Positions 12,831-26,022 are shown, counted from the first letter of the stretch. The stretch is DNA of 64,000 bases from Octopus sinensis (GCF_006345805.1 NC_042997.1:78616001-78680000), one strand, 5' to 3'. The notes: generated by a model not told the origin, from the letters alone. Numbers and translations: made by a program.

Positions 12831-15800
12831 AATGTGTTGGTAGTTTTGTTGAAAGTATATATTATGCGTGTTACTTTTGCTGTTAGTGTTTACGGGAAAG
12901 GAAGTGCATCGCTTTTTTTGTTTGGTTTTATGTTTAGTTTTTTTTTTATATAAACATCTAATTTATCGTTAGGTTTAGTGAAATGCTTGGTTTAAAAATA
13001 CTCCGTGTCTGATTTTTTGTGCGTTTATTTTAGTTTTCTTAACAAAATATGTATTTGTTTGAGTTATAATAATCTTGTTTTGTTTATTTATACATGTGGA
13101 TTGCACTTAATTGTTCCTCCGAGCTGGATGGTGATTTAAACTATCAGAAGAGAGGTATCACCCTCCTGTCCAGTCCAAATAAACAAGACAAGAGACATAT
13201 AGTTTGTAACAAAAAATAAATGAGTCTCTTTGCTAGAAAATTAGGTTATATCAGATGGATATTTTAAACAAAATATACATTTCGCCACATTTACCGTCAA
13301 ATTAGATACAGTTATATAAAAACTGGAAAATTAGTTGCTCTCTTTCACGTGAGCCTAACACCAAAAGTATCACGCATTCAATATTTTAAACTAAATCTAC
13401 ATAACTAAAACCATAATGAATGATTAATGTATTATCGATCGCTATGCAAAATAGAAATGTATATATGACACAAGAAAAAACTGTACAAAACTAGGAAAGG
13501 TTTGAAAATGCAGCTCAGAAATGGGTTTTAATATATTATTTTCCTGAATTATTTAAATTCTAAATAGGAAAACACTGGAAAGAAATAATTAAATCGTCTC
13601 TAAAATCAGACATGTAATCTAGCTTAGATCAACAGCAGATTCATCCATCACAATAGTCTTGCACATGGTATTAACATATATTTCTTTAAAGGGCATAACA
13701 TGAGACAACAAGAATCAACGGCCAGCATTTATTCAAATTATGAAAGACCAAAGGTGTGAGTAAATTTCAAAATCTACTTTTGAATAATTGGTGGATGCAA
13801 AAATATCAATGAGTGAATGTGTGTGTGTGTGGAATGGAAGATTATATCCTTCGGCCCACTTCTCAATTGGTTCTGGTTGCATATTGCATTACAAAATAGA
13901 AGGGTTGCTTCTGTATTCAAGACAGATTTCTGGTGGTATGGTATTAAGGACAGCTGCCTTCTTGTTATTTGATCCTTTTCAATGAATTTAACTAATGTGA
14001 ATGAACACCAAGTTTGAGGTCGAGATCATGTCTAACAACAGTTTTTATGGGTCTATCTAAAACTGCTGTGATATGACCAAGAAACTTTTGAAAATATTCT
14101 TTCAGTTTCTTTCAGTCCCTCTTGTCGGCTTGTGGCTTTCAGTTTCAACTTTTCATGCTTTCTTTGCCACTAATTACATTTTCAAATTGTTATACCAAGG
14201 CACGACTGTTTGCTGCTTACTGCTGCGTGCACAAACAAACCTATTTCTGTTGGTCGATTCCGTAAGGGTAAAATCTTGAACTATTTTGTGGGATGAACTA
14301 TTTTGGGTAACACACTTTAACTGATTCTCAGTTATTGTTTCCCATAGGATTTGATGCTTGATTTCAGTCTCCTGCTGTTTGTTGATAAAAAGTGGTAAAA
14401 TTGTAATATGTTACAACTAGAGACTTGGTTTCAGTTTTTGTTTACATTGCCTTGAATCTGTGTTTGACCAAAATGGTGTATTCTTCCCAAATTTCTTTAT
14501 TGTTAAAAGTAGAAGAGTCATATGAAAGAACTTGGTGATTTTTTTCTTCTAGTAAGCTTCGTCGAATTCCGGTATATAGTATATAATGTTCAGAACACCG
14601 ACTTAAAATAACCATGTGTGTATCATATTTAATGTATATACACCTTAAAAGGTGGTTTTTGTGAAAGAAAATATTTTCGTAGACATGTGCTAAAAACATG
14701 ATGTATATCTGTGTCAGGTGAACATCACCTCGCAACTCACGAGAATGACAAGCACGTTTCGGCCTTTTTTGACCCTGTCAATGATATGTGCTAAGTCATC
14801 ACGTGCCTAAACCATTTTTCTCTCCTCCGACACACAGAGAACAGGGAATAATACATCCACTGATATTATTGAAAAGTTTGCTGGGTTGAGTAAAACTCGG
14901 TGTACGTAACTTAAGCAGCATGTGATGACTATGTACAAGTCTTTGACAATGCCCAGTGAGGTCAAAATGCATTTGACGTTCTTGTAAGTCACTGCTAGGA
15001 TGATGTTCACCTCGCTCCAATATATATTGTGATTTTTAACACTTTTATGAAGGGACAGACAAGAAGGCAGACAGTGTCATACACATAAAGGCGTACATAC
15101 GTTAAATATGATGCACAGACGGCTATTTTAATTTATTGCAGTTTCATTTATCTGCACTGGGTTATATATTTCTTCGTTTATTTTTTTTTATACTCCTTTA
15201 CGAACACGAACTCGGGTTTGGTCATGATACTATTTGAATAGATATGCCCATAGTTCGGTGGAACCTCTTAAAATTTGTTATTTGGGTTATTTTCGATGAT
15301 AAAATCTAGTGTGACTGGCCATTTTAATTGGTTGAATGGTGAAAGGTGAATTTGTGGTTGTTACCTTGACCTTTTTGCGAGTGCGTAATACGGACATGGT
15401 GTTTTGAGACTTGTTGAAAAAGAGAGATTAGACTACATTAGGCAACAAGCTGTTGCCAATGCTACTCAAAATAGTTGAAACTATGAGTGTACGTTCGCAT
15501 TTTAATAAGGAGAATTTCTGTTTAATTCAGTAGCTGATTGTTTGAAAGCTGTACTTTAGCCAGTACAACAGCAGAACACACTCGTGAGTTATTCACAGGA
15601 TGGCCAATGTGAGATTATATCAGTTTTTGTTGAAATCTTTTGTTGGCTAATAACGTTTATGGTGAACAGGTCTACAGACATTTTCTGGGCTGAATTGGAA
15701 CATATGGATCAAGGCCATTAACCTCACAAAGATTCTTCTGAACAACATCGCTTGAATGTCACCGTTGGTTGATGGGAAACTTTTTTTCCCGAAACTACAC

Positions 15801-16574
15801 ATCCCTCATGCCGCTTTACATGGCTTAATCTATAATCCTAGACCAGGTTGTTGTCATGTGCTATATTTGTCAAAAGATAGGCTATGTTTAGTCAAGAACA
15901 TATTTCCATATTCGCCACTAACCCCAATATCTAGAGCCTATCCATTATCTGGATGCACATCACCACCTGAAGAGAAGTTCTCTCTCCCAATCTTACCCAC
16001 CTGGTCTAGTTGTCAGGATTCCTGAATGTATCAAGTCCCAGAAATAATTAATAACCAATCAAAAAAAGTACATAAATGATAATTACAAAGAAAATATGGA
16101 AAGATAAGACAGCGAATAAATAAATAAATACATTAACAGAAACTCTAATTTCTATGCAGTCACACACACTTGGACATGTCTTACAGTATCAGCAATTAAG
16201 CTTGATCTCTGATGACTTTAAAGCTGATAATTATAATTATCATTCATTTATTAATTTATTCGTTGGTTTACTTGTCCTTGACGTCATTAACACCCACGCA
16301 ATTCCTGTTTAGTTATAATTCAGGTATTTATTATTGATTGATAGTTGTGGAGGATACGGTGGGTAGCTGGGTAGCTGGGTAGGTTAAGGTAGAATAGAGG
16401 TTTTGTGAGATATTTCTGCATGGAGGACATTTCTCTACTCGAACACATAAACGCACCTATATATTACACGTGTGTGTGTGTGTGTGTGTACGAACACTTT
16501 ATATATACATACATATGCGTATGTGTGTATACACATTTGTACATGTATTAGTACATTTGTGTATGTATCTCCTC

Positions 16575-16630
<56 letters not shown>

Positions 16631-16641
16631 ATCTATATATA

Positions 16642-16699
<58 letters not shown>

Positions 16700-16794
16700 T
16701 CAATTCAAAGAACGAAAAAAGCAAAAAAAAAACAGAAAAACAAACGTGAGGACGTACGCAAGTAATATATCAATTGACGCTCGGTGAAAGAAGA

Positions 16795-17060
16795 GGGTTG
16801 TTAACGTTTCGAGTATAGCTCTTCGTTGGAAAGAGGGAAGTCCAAAGAAAAACAAAGAAAAATAGGGAAAAATCGCCAACAGTTCTCGTGCGGTTACATT
16901 ATACGAGTATGTGTGTGTATGTGCGTGTGTGTGTAAATGCTAAAATAATTTTATCGTGAAGAACATTTTAGTACCGGTCTTTGCGAATTTTTCAACTTAG
17001 AGCAAAGCATGAAAAACAATAAAATTGTGGAAAAGTTAAATGAAATGATTTTTTTAAATA
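16795..17060 (-). mobile_element. Decayed PLE-type pLTR remnants with two broken hammerhead-like motifs
   Basis: Minus strand CCAACGAA-GAG ctata CTC-GAAAC-GTT (16803-16829; core mutated). 16930-17000 is a deleted relative of the 46-kb family (TTGAAAA...ACCGGTA). Confidence 0.45.
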
Positions 17061-17345
17061 TTTCCAAAGTTTTCAAATGCAAGGGATATTTTCCTTTTTT
17101 CTGTTTGTCTGTCTATCTCTTTTTTACTCATATCAAAAATTAGGACTGCTACTACCTGCTACCTGCTACCAAGCCCTCGCAAGAGTAAAAAAGAAACAGA
17201 CAGACCCGGTACTAATCTTGACCTTATGGGTTATTTGGCGGATAGTTATGCGTTGACCTTCCAAAATGGCAGCCTCAACTTGACGGACAGACGTCTCATC
17301 AACGGCAGATATACATATCAACTCGTGTTCCTTTTTAACCTTCTA

Positions 17346-17430
<85 letters not shown>

Positions 17431-17439
<9 letters not shown>

Positions 17440-17690
17440 AAAGGGCTTAGTAAAATAAATTACTTTGCCGCATACTGAACTCATTAGAAATAGCAGCTAA
17501 AAAACTTTTTTAAGGCTATTTCTAATACTTAAAGAAAATCTCTCTCATATATAGTGTTTGCTTAATTTATTTTACTAAGCCCTTTTATATAATGTAATAA
17601 TTTGAATTCGCCTTGAATGGTCCCTTTGCATACTGAACACTTGGTGAAATTGATTAATAATTAATTAATTTTGCCCTCAATTGTTGAAAT
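17431..17690 (+). repeat. Dispersed repeat with about 30-bp internal inverted repeat; related copy in reverse orientation at 29240-29450
   Basis: TATTATATAAAAGGGCTTAGTAAAATAAATT versus its reverse complement near 17565-17595; shared blocks with 29240-29450. Confidence 0.7.
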
Positions 17691-17943
17691 TATATATATA
17701 TATATATATATAATAGAAATATTAAAATTACTAAGTCTCTATAAAAGAGATTACGGCAGCGTTTACTGGAAATTAATTGTTATCGCCATATTAATATGGC
17801 ATTCTTATAGATATAAGAATAATCGCTGCCGCTGGTCAGCTCCATGAGGCCACCGCCATCAAGATAGCTATTGATACACGATCTGTATCCATTATAACCT
17901 TCGAACAAGGGAGGTCAGCCGCTTCACACTGCCAGTCCGACAG

Positions 17944-17983
17944 CTACAGACGCGTTTCGGGGTATTGCCCCCTGTCAATGTAG
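17944..17983 (-). ncRNA. Minimal hammerhead, U3:A8 variant with additional A9G change
   Basis: Minus: CTACA-TTGACAG-GGGG caata CCCC-GAAAC-GC-GTC-TGTAG. Confidence 0.65.
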
Positions 17984-18371
17984 CGCAGTCAGACCCGCAG
18001 GTGTCGCCACTGACGTCTCTATTCGAAGGTTTCTATTTACCCTGTAGCTGTCGGACTGGCAGTGTGAAGCGGCTGACCTCCCTTGTTCGAAGGTTATAAT
18101 GGATACAGATCGTGTATCAATAGCTATCTTGATGGCGGTGGCCTCATGGAGCTGACCAGCGGCAGCGATTATTCTTATATCTATAAGAATGCCATCTTAA
18201 TATGGCGATAACAATTAATTTCCAGTAAACGCTGCCGTAATCTCTTTTATAGAGACTTAGTAATTTTAATATTTCTATTATTGAAAACAAGTGGATGTAT
18301 TCCACTGAAACTAGGTAAATAGAAACCTTCGAACAGAGACGTCAGTGGCGACACCTGCGGGTCTGACTGCG

Positions 18372-18411
18372 CTACATTGACAAGGGGCAATACCCCGAAA
18401 CGCGTCTGTAG
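18372..18411 (+). ncRNA. Minimal type I hammerhead ribozyme, U3:A8 core variant
   Basis: CTACA-TTGACAA-GGGG caata CCCC-GAAAC-GC-GTC-TGTAG: 5-bp stem I, 4-bp GC stem II, palindromic ACGCGT stem III. Cut after 18406. Confidence 0.85.
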
Positions 18412-18579
18412 CTGTCGGACTGGCAGTGTGAGCGGCTGATCTCCCTTGTTCGAAGGTTATAATGGATACAGATCGTGTATCAATAGCTATCTTGATGGCG
18501 GTGGCTTCATGGAGCTGACCAGCGGCAGCGATTATTCTTATATCTATAAGAATGCCATATTAATATGGCGATAACAATT

Positions 18580-18585
18580 TATATA

Positions 18586-18675
<90 letters not shown>

Positions 18676-19300
18676 GTGTGTGTGAGTAATATGCATATAT
18701 ACATGCATGTGTGTGTACATGTGTGTGCATGTAAAAATATATAGTTGTCTCAATGTAAGATACCCTCACAGGTACCAATATAACTGTGGTTAAGAGGTTC
18801 CGAGTGGGTTCGATCCCACTGAGCGGCAAATTAGGTTACTGTTATGTCGAGTTGCTGACTAATTTGTGAGTGGAATTTGATAGGTGGAAACTGCAAGTAG
18901 TCCGCCCTATGTGTGTGTGCGTGCGTGTGTGTGTTTGTGTATGTACTTATATCTGTGTATTTGTGTGTATATATTTGTGTGTGTATACGTGTGTGTACAT
19001 GCATTTGTATGTGTACGTATGTGTGTGCGTGTGTGTGTACGTGTGTGTGTGTGCGTCTGTGTATTTGTGTGTCTGTGCATATGTGTGTGCATTTGTGTGT
19101 GTTTGCGTGTGTGTATGCGTTGTGTATTTTTGTGTCTGTATTTGTGTGTGTATTTTTGTGCGTGTATTTGTGTGTGTGTATTTGTGTGTGTATGCGTGTC
19201 TGTGTATATGTGTGTCTGTGTCAGTGTATTCGTGTGTGTATTTGTTTGCGTGTGTGTGTATTTGTTTGTGTGTGTGTGTGTGTGTGTGTGTGCCGTACTT
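18580..19300. repeat. (TA)n and degenerate (TG)n microsatellites
   Basis: Direct reading. Confidence 0.9.
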
Positions 19301-19635
19301 TTGTTTATGTTGTACAAAGACAAAACAGACTACATCTGTATGATGTTTCAATCGCTATTGATTCTGAATCATAAGATAAGTTCGATTATAGCGATATTGT
19401 TTTGGTTCAATATCCCCATATGTTGGGATTCTCTCAAACCTATTAAATTTTTATATCAATTCAGACAACAAACATAGACTATTGTAATGGCCACGTGTTT
19501 AAGAGTTGTTTGTGTGAGAATGAAACTGTCGAGATCATTATGAAACGGGATCCCTGAGGAGCAGCTTGGGTTAGAGTTAGGCATAGATTCTTTTCATTCA
19601 GATTATACACAGACGCGCGCGCGCACACACAGAAG

Positions 19636-19725
<90 letters not shown>

Positions 19726-19754
19726 GAGACAGACAGACAGACAGACAGATAGAT

Positions 19755-21030
19755 TGTCGTGGTAATCCCTCAAGATCGAGGTTGATGTGGATTTTTCTTG
19801 TTCTTTGTATAGTTATTGATGGATTCTGTGATGACTGATGAGTCCAATTCTTGCTTGGAAGTTCCTTCCACAAGTGGGATAGATGGTTCCAGTTAGAAAG
19901 TCCTTTCTTGGTTATCCTTGTTTATTTTTTCTGCGCTTCATCTTTTCTTTTTGTTCAGCAGTCCTACTGGTCTTAAAAGTTGTTAGTCACTCTTTAATGA
20001 AGAATTTCCGCCATTCTCAAGCCTGAACATTTCTCTCTCATTTCAATATTACATTTCTTGAAGATGGCTTTCAGAACATCTTTGAATCTTCTCTTTTGCC
20101 CTCCTCTTCTTCGTTTTCTTTCTCTTAGTTGAGGGTAGAGAAGCTGCTTTGGTAAACGGTTATTTTTCATCAGGACAACATGACTAGTCCATCTCAGCTG
20201 TTTCTGGATGATGACAGCTTTAATGGCGGTCATGTGGATTTTTTTCAACACACCGATTTTTTTCCCTCTTCATGGGGATACTTCGAAGACAGCATTGGTA
20301 GTACATTTAAAGAACTTTCATGTGTCTTCTGTATGTAATCCAGCTCCATCTAGGAGCTTGTATACCATCATTTTCGTGTCAGTTCGAATGTCTCAATCCT
20401 AGAACACTCTCGTTTTGAGACGATGTTGAATTTTGTCGTCGATATCATTGGAAGAGAGACGACTTTCCAGATACAGAAAATTATTCACGCTTTCTAAGAC
20501 TACACCCTCGATTCCAATAACTGGTTGCGTACCATTTGTCTCGACTGATGACAATTGGAATATGACTTGGGTCTTCTTGCAAAGGATGGTCAGTTCCAAT
20601 TTTCTGTAACTTTGCTGGAAGGCATTGAGTGTTTGTTGTAATTCATTTTTTCGGATAATGCCGTAATGCTTTTGTCGTCAGCATATTGTAACTCAATGGC
20701 GGAACATGTCGAGGTTTTGTTCCTGGACCTCAATCGGGTAAGGTTTGAATCTCTGAGATCAGGTGATATTTCCTTATTTATCACAATTTTGGTCAGGAGC
20801 TGATGAAATTGGTGATGAATCAAATTCCCTCTTGATTTTAAGGTCTCAGTTGGTATTCCAGCTGGTCCTGCAGCATCCTTTCATGACTTTCCTGGTCTCA
20901 TCTAGGATTGGACATTTGCTGAGGGATGTTCCACTGGTTATTTTTGGGACGTTGTTTACTACATGTTGGTCAAAAGTGACAGGTTGGCTCAGCAAATCGT
21001 CAAAGTGTCCCTTCCACTTGACGCTGATAG
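19755..21030 (-). mobile_element. RTE-clade LINE 3' fragment, decayed
   Basis: ELQYADD, QLRWTSHV..RLPKQLLY..GGQKRRFKDVLK; RTE-like 3' end near 19755. Confidence 0.85.
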
Positions 21031-21210
21031 CAACATCGGATTTAAAAAAGAAAAAGTTAAATGAAATGAATAGTGAAACATCTGAATGTCATTGGATTTA
21101 AATGACAAAATTTTAAGCAACCCTTATGTCACTATCTCGGTCACCTCAATAAGTTCCAATGACAAGCATTGCAAATGACTGGTACCATTTTGTCTGCATA
21201 CGTTTATATA

Positions 21211-21608
21211 TACTCTTTTACTCTTTTGCTTGTTTCAGTGGCCATGCTGGAGCACCGCCTTTAGTCGAGCAACTCGACCCCGGGACTTATTCTTTGTAAG
21301 CCCAGTACTTATACTATCGGTCTCTTTTGCCGAACCGCTAAGTGACGGGGACATAAACACACCAGCATCGGTTGACAAGCAATGCTAGGGGGACAAACAC
21401 AGACACACAAATACACACGCGCACACATATATATATATACATATATACGACGGGCTTCTTTCAGTTTCCGTCTACCAAATCCACTCACAAGGCTTTGGTC
21501 GGCCCGAGGCTATAGCAGAAGACACTTGCCCAAGGTGCAACGCAGTGGGACTGAACCCGGAACCATGTGGTTGGTAAGCAAGCTACTTACCACACAGCCA
21601 CTCCTGCA

Positions 21609-21611
<3 letters not shown>
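21211..21611 (-). mobile_element. tRNA-derived SINE (family 1), full length
   Basis: Reverse complement of the 7556-8012 element. Confidence 0.9.
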
Positions 21612-21640
<29 letters not shown>

Positions 21641-21647
<7 letters not shown>

Positions 21648-22465
21648 AAGGGCAAAAGAAAAAAATTCTAACGCCAAATATGCCGAAAATAGACAAATCG
21701 TCAATAACCATATAATTTATCACTATAAGCACGCGTCTCGAAGTAAGCCGACATAAATTTCTAAAACAATTCTGTTATTATCGTATTGGTCCCAATTTCT
21801 GTCGGCTTACTTCGAGACGCGTCCTTATAGTGATAAATGATATGGTTATTGACGATTTGTCTATTTTCGGCATATTTGGCATTAGAATTTTTTTCTTTTG
21901 CCCTTGTTTATAAGTTGTTTATAAATTTAACCTTTAGAGGTTTTTTTTTTTAATATGCTGGCCATTGATAGAATTTTTTTCGAAAAATTTTATCCTATAT
22001 TAAATGGAAATTTAATAGTGTTCACTTCCGAACTTTCTCACTCTATGAGAGTTTTCAGTCCGATCGCACGTGTCTCGAGGTGTACTAGAGAATTTCTATT
22101 TTGGATATATTTGGGGTACTTAGGTCTGCTCAGGACTTAGTGCTTGCTTTTTCCATGGGTATGAGTAAGTATTTCGTTTATGTCATACGTATTTATCGCT
22201 GACGAGGAGAAAATTCTTATGAATTAATTCTGAAATTGGGAACAATACGATAATAACGGAATTTTTTAGAAATTTCTGTCTGCTTACTTCGATAAGCGTG
22301 CTTATAGTGATAAATTATATGGATATTGACGATTTGTCTATTTTCGGCATATTTGACATTAGAATTTTTTCTTTTGCCCTTGTTTATAAATTTAACCTTT
22401 AGAGGTATTTTTTAATATGCTGGCCATTGATAGAATTTTTTTCGAAAACTTTTATTCTATATTAT
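21641..22465 (+). mobile_element. PLE pLTR/retrozyme-like module: inverted arm plus about 470-bp tandem period
   Basis: 21641-21799 is inverted relative to about 22232-22390. The block starting at 21801 is repeated at 22278 (477-bp spacing). One hammerhead per period. Confidence 0.85.
22193..22253 (+). ncRNA. Type I hammerhead ribozyme (complete stem III, AUA site)
   Basis: TTATCG-CTGACGA-GGAG aa AATT cttatg AATT aa TTCT-GAA-ATTG ggaa CAAT-A-CGATAA. Stem I extends past a 2x2 internal loop. Cut after 22247. Confidence 0.8.
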
Positions 22466-22497
22466 TTATATATATATATATATATTATATATATATA

Positions 22498-22568
22498 TTT
22501 AAATAATGAGGGTGATAAATTGAATATTAATTTAATTAATATTCAATTTATCACCCTCATTATTTAAA
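22498..22568. repeat. Perfect 71-bp palindrome (35-bp arms, 1-nt centre)
   Basis: 22498-22532 is the exact reverse complement of 22534-22568. Confidence 0.9.
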
Positions 22569-22765
22569 TTTTAAATAATCATGTTCCCTAACCGGCAACA
22601 TTCACTGCAGTGAATTATCTTCTGCAGAAGTGTTTCCAGGATTTAGCGCGCCAGAGCTGAGACATTTGAAAATAACCCCAATGTAATCAGTAGAAATGTA
22701 CGCACGTCTAATTTTATGAGGACAGCTCGGGTGTAGTTCTTCAAATTATATTGAATTAGAACGGT

Positions 22766-22820
22766 CGTACTGAAGAGCCACGGACGTTTTTACGTAAGTT
22801 GATGGCAAAATCGGTCTACG
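22766..22820 (+). ncRNA. Degenerate minimal hammerhead
   Basis: CGTA-CTGAAGA-GCCA...TGGC-AAAAT-CG-GTC-TACG: stems I and II intact, but G12 and 15.2 are mutated. Confidence 0.55.
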
Positions 22821-23475
22821 GTTAATTCTTTATTTTGTATATTTTCATTTGTCTTACCCGCTTATGTTCTGATGTTTGCTGAATTTTTCTGGAGAACATT
22901 CTTTTCTTTGTGGTTAGATCGTAGGTGATCTATTTCTAGCATATTGGATGTCCACTTAGTGGTCATCCCTTCTTTTTCGAATATATATATATATTTCAAT
23001 TCCTGAGCGTTATACTAATACATCTGTTTGTTTTCTACTCCACCTGTCTTCGTCTTTTGTTTTTTTCGTGATGGTGGAGTGTGTGGTAGAGTGAGGATGT
23101 GGGGCGGGGTGAGGTGAGGATGTGGGGTGGGTAAGGATGTGGGGTGGGTGAGGATGTGGGGTGGAGTGAGGATGTAGGGTGGGGTGAGGATGTGGGGTAG
23201 GTGAGAATGTGGGGTGAGGATGTGGGGTAGGTGAGAATGTGGGGAAGGGTCAGGATGTGGGAATGGAGTGAGAATGTGGAGATGGGGTGAGGATGTGAGG
23301 ATGGTGTGAGGTATGTGGGAGTGGGGTGGGTGTGAATGGAGGGTATCAATGAAAAGAGAAGGTGGGTATGAGTGAAGAGAGAAAGTAGGTGTCAGATGAA
23401 GAGAAGAGAGGAGGGGAGTCAGATGAAGAAGGAAGGGAAGGGGAGTTTAGCCCATGTGACACAAAGGAGCGAAGA

Positions 23476-23700
23476 TTAATTCTTGTTCACGGCGAAGGCA
23501 GGAGTCTGGATGGCCTCAGTACAAAGACAATCCGAACACAGACAGGTGTTGTAATGAATGACCAGTAGAGCGAATGTGGCACGAGACCGGGGTGTCATTG
23601 CCGAGTCTAATGTCTCGGAGGTGCTCCACGAACCGGTCAGCCAAGCGGCGTCCCGTTTGACCGATAAGGGAATATTACAAAGAAGGTGGTTTACATACAA
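23476..23700 (-). mobile_element. Penelope-like GIY-YIG endonuclease remnant
   Basis: Across a frameshift: ..IGQTGRRLADRFVEHLRDIRLGNDTPVSCHIRSTGHSLQHLSVFGL. Purine-rich simple repeat (23040-23460) follows on its 3' side. Confidence 0.8.
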
Positions 23701-24420
23701 ATGAATATGAGAAAACAAATGAATATGAGAATGGTACGTTGGAGGGGCAGGGTGGAAGGGTGGTAGGTGAGGGGAAACAGGAGATATATTATCTCGAAAT
23801 TTGTACACCTACTTTACACTATAAAATGTTAAATAGTGAACACCTGTAAACAATATGCGTAATATGCATAGTAAAAAAATACAGAATCCAAGAAGACTAG
23901 TAGTTGCGTGCGACGGCAGAAATTTGCACTTTTGGTAGACTGTAATGTTTCTTAGTTTCGTAAGTTATTGAGGGAAGAGTTTCTGTCCTTTTGAACAAAT
24001 CATAGTGCAAGAAATATTTTTCTTCGTCCTTAGACCATAAGAGTTCCAACAAAATACAAAGAAAAACTTTTCTGTGTACGTCAGAGGTGTGCCCACAACT
24101 GCACACGAACTTAAGAAATTTCAGTTACGAATGTAATACATTGTTGTATCTAGACACGAATATGAATTAAACCCCAAAATTTATGTCCGATTAATTAGCG
24201 ATTAATGGTGACTAGTGCTGTGAATTTATATTCACATAATAACACTTCGCCCTATACACGTTACAACAATATTAAGTACGATAACTATCAAAGTGTGTGT
24301 TTACACTCTCACTGATTTTTATCTTATTTTCTCCAGTGTATATATCATTCTCCACTACATTTCTCTCCTCTTTCTCACCTTTCTTTTCGTTCGTTCGTTG
24401 TTGTTGTTTTTCTTCTTCGT

Positions 24421-24477
<57 letters not shown>

Positions 24478-24500
24478 ATACTAATACTAATACTGCCACT
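24421..24500. repeat. (CTA)n trinucleotide tract decaying into CTG/GAT repeats
   Basis: Direct reading. Confidence 0.9.
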
Positions 24501-25715
24501 GCTGCTGATAGTGTTGATGCTAGTACTGTTGATGCTGGTTCTGCTGATGCTGTTACTGTTGCTATCAAAGCCATTGCTTTATACCATCTCTCACAATTCT
24601 GTTCTCTTTACACCTTCAAGTCTTCCATATTAATAACAATGACTTTTGCCAAGAAATTGTAAGATATCAGTACCATATCACTGGTATCCGACAGCTTATC
24701 TAAACCGACGTGGATAAGTTCCTCCTAACAGCCATCAATCGGAGAGCTTCGCACTGCAACACTTTGATGAACCATATGTGTCAGAATAAAATTTATAGTC
24801 CATACTTTGATTGTACACCAGTTTTGGACAATTTCGCTTTCTTATACATTGATTATTTGCTTATCTTATTGGCTATAATATAATTACTTGATTGATTTAA
24901 ATCTATAGTTTTCAGACAGGCCTTATTTTTTCTTTCAAATAATTTATCAGTTTTCTTTCGAACGAAACAAACCTGTTATATAACCATCATATCACGTTTT
25001 TTTTTTCTCCAAAATAACACAAATATATACATATATTATAGTATATCTAATTACAAATATCGCTCCATTTGGAAGCTAGCGTACACAAGGATGTAAAGTC
25101 TGCAGTAAGACTAACTGTACTATAATCAATCTTTTTAAAATTCTTTTAGTCATTTTAGCTTAAGTTATTTCATACGCATTTCACACATATATTTCATATA
25201 TATTTTGGTCCGTTAAACAAACAATAAACTTTGTAGATCTTATTTATTTGTCAACTAATATTTCCTTCTAAAAATACACGTCACTGCTCAAAGATTGCTC
25301 AAGGATATTGTGAAAACAAATGAAATTTTCTCCAGTATAATATATGACATTTGAGGTATTTTTTCGTTCTTGTAACGATTAAGTATAACAATCAATAAAC
25401 GTCGGTAGTCACCAATTTGTAACGGTTAAGTATAACGATAGTATACACCGAATAAATGGGAGAAGAACAATATCAGTTAATTGATGAGATGGCCCTGTAT
25501 TTATATCGGTATTATTTTCATTACAATGTAGAAAACAACTTCTTATGAGAAAGAGTAAGAGAATCTAAGCAGAAAGAAAAAGTAGGATCTGTGTTATCCC
25601 TTGCATAAAGACGCTTCCTCCATCGGCACCGGAAGAAAGAAAAAAGAGAGATGCTCCTTGTCCTTAGGCTAAACGACCAAAGACAGACAGAACTGATTTT
25701 AGGTTCATTCTTACA

Positions 25716-25902
25716 CTCTTTCACTTGTTTCAGTCAATTGACTGCAGCCATGCTGGAGTACCGCCTTTAGTCGAACAAATTGACCCCAAGACTTATTGTT
25801 TGTAAGCTTAGTATTTATTCTGTCGGTGTCTTTTGCCGAACCGCTAACTTATGGGGACGTAAACACACCAACATCGGTTGTCAAGCGATGGTGAGGGGAC
25901 AA

Positions 25903-25905
<3 letters not shown>
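25716..25905 (-). mobile_element. SINE family 1, 3' half
   Basis: Matches the 3' body and tail of 7556-8012. Confidence 0.85.
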
Positions 25906-25960
<55 letters not shown>

Positions 25961-25971
25961 TATATAGAAGG

Positions 25972-26022
25972 AGCTTCTACAGGACTAGAACTGTTTCATT
26001 CAAGAGAAATCTTCAGGAAGCT
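25972..26022 (-). ncRNA. Type I hammerhead ribozyme (GUA site)
   Basis: Minus: AGCTTC-CTGAAGA-TTTC tctt GAAT-GAA-ACAG ttctagtc CTGT-A-GAAGCT: 6-bp stem I, 4-bp stem III, stem II with U.U at its base. Cut between 25978 and 25977. Confidence 0.75.

Larger units (their letters stand above)
17711..18578 (+). mobile_element. Hammerhead-delimited retrozyme/PLE-pLTR-like element: inverted copy, 364-nt monomer, partial tandem copy
   Basis: 17711-17948 is inverted relative to 18043-18280, and 17949-18041 relative to about 18314-18406. A tandem copy restarts at 18407. The monomer starts at TGTAGC, exactly 3' of the predicted GUC cut. Confidence 0.9.

Noticed and set aside
14442-14785. Minus-strand TTGACAG..GAAACGTG motif and an ORF faintly like a PLE nuclease C-terminus
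   Set aside because: No NUH site or stem I, and the protein resemblance is too weak to call by eye.
24272-24662. Poly-Thr/Val/Tyr ORFs resembling a mucin
   Set aside because: (CTA)n tract open in several frames; no other coding signal.
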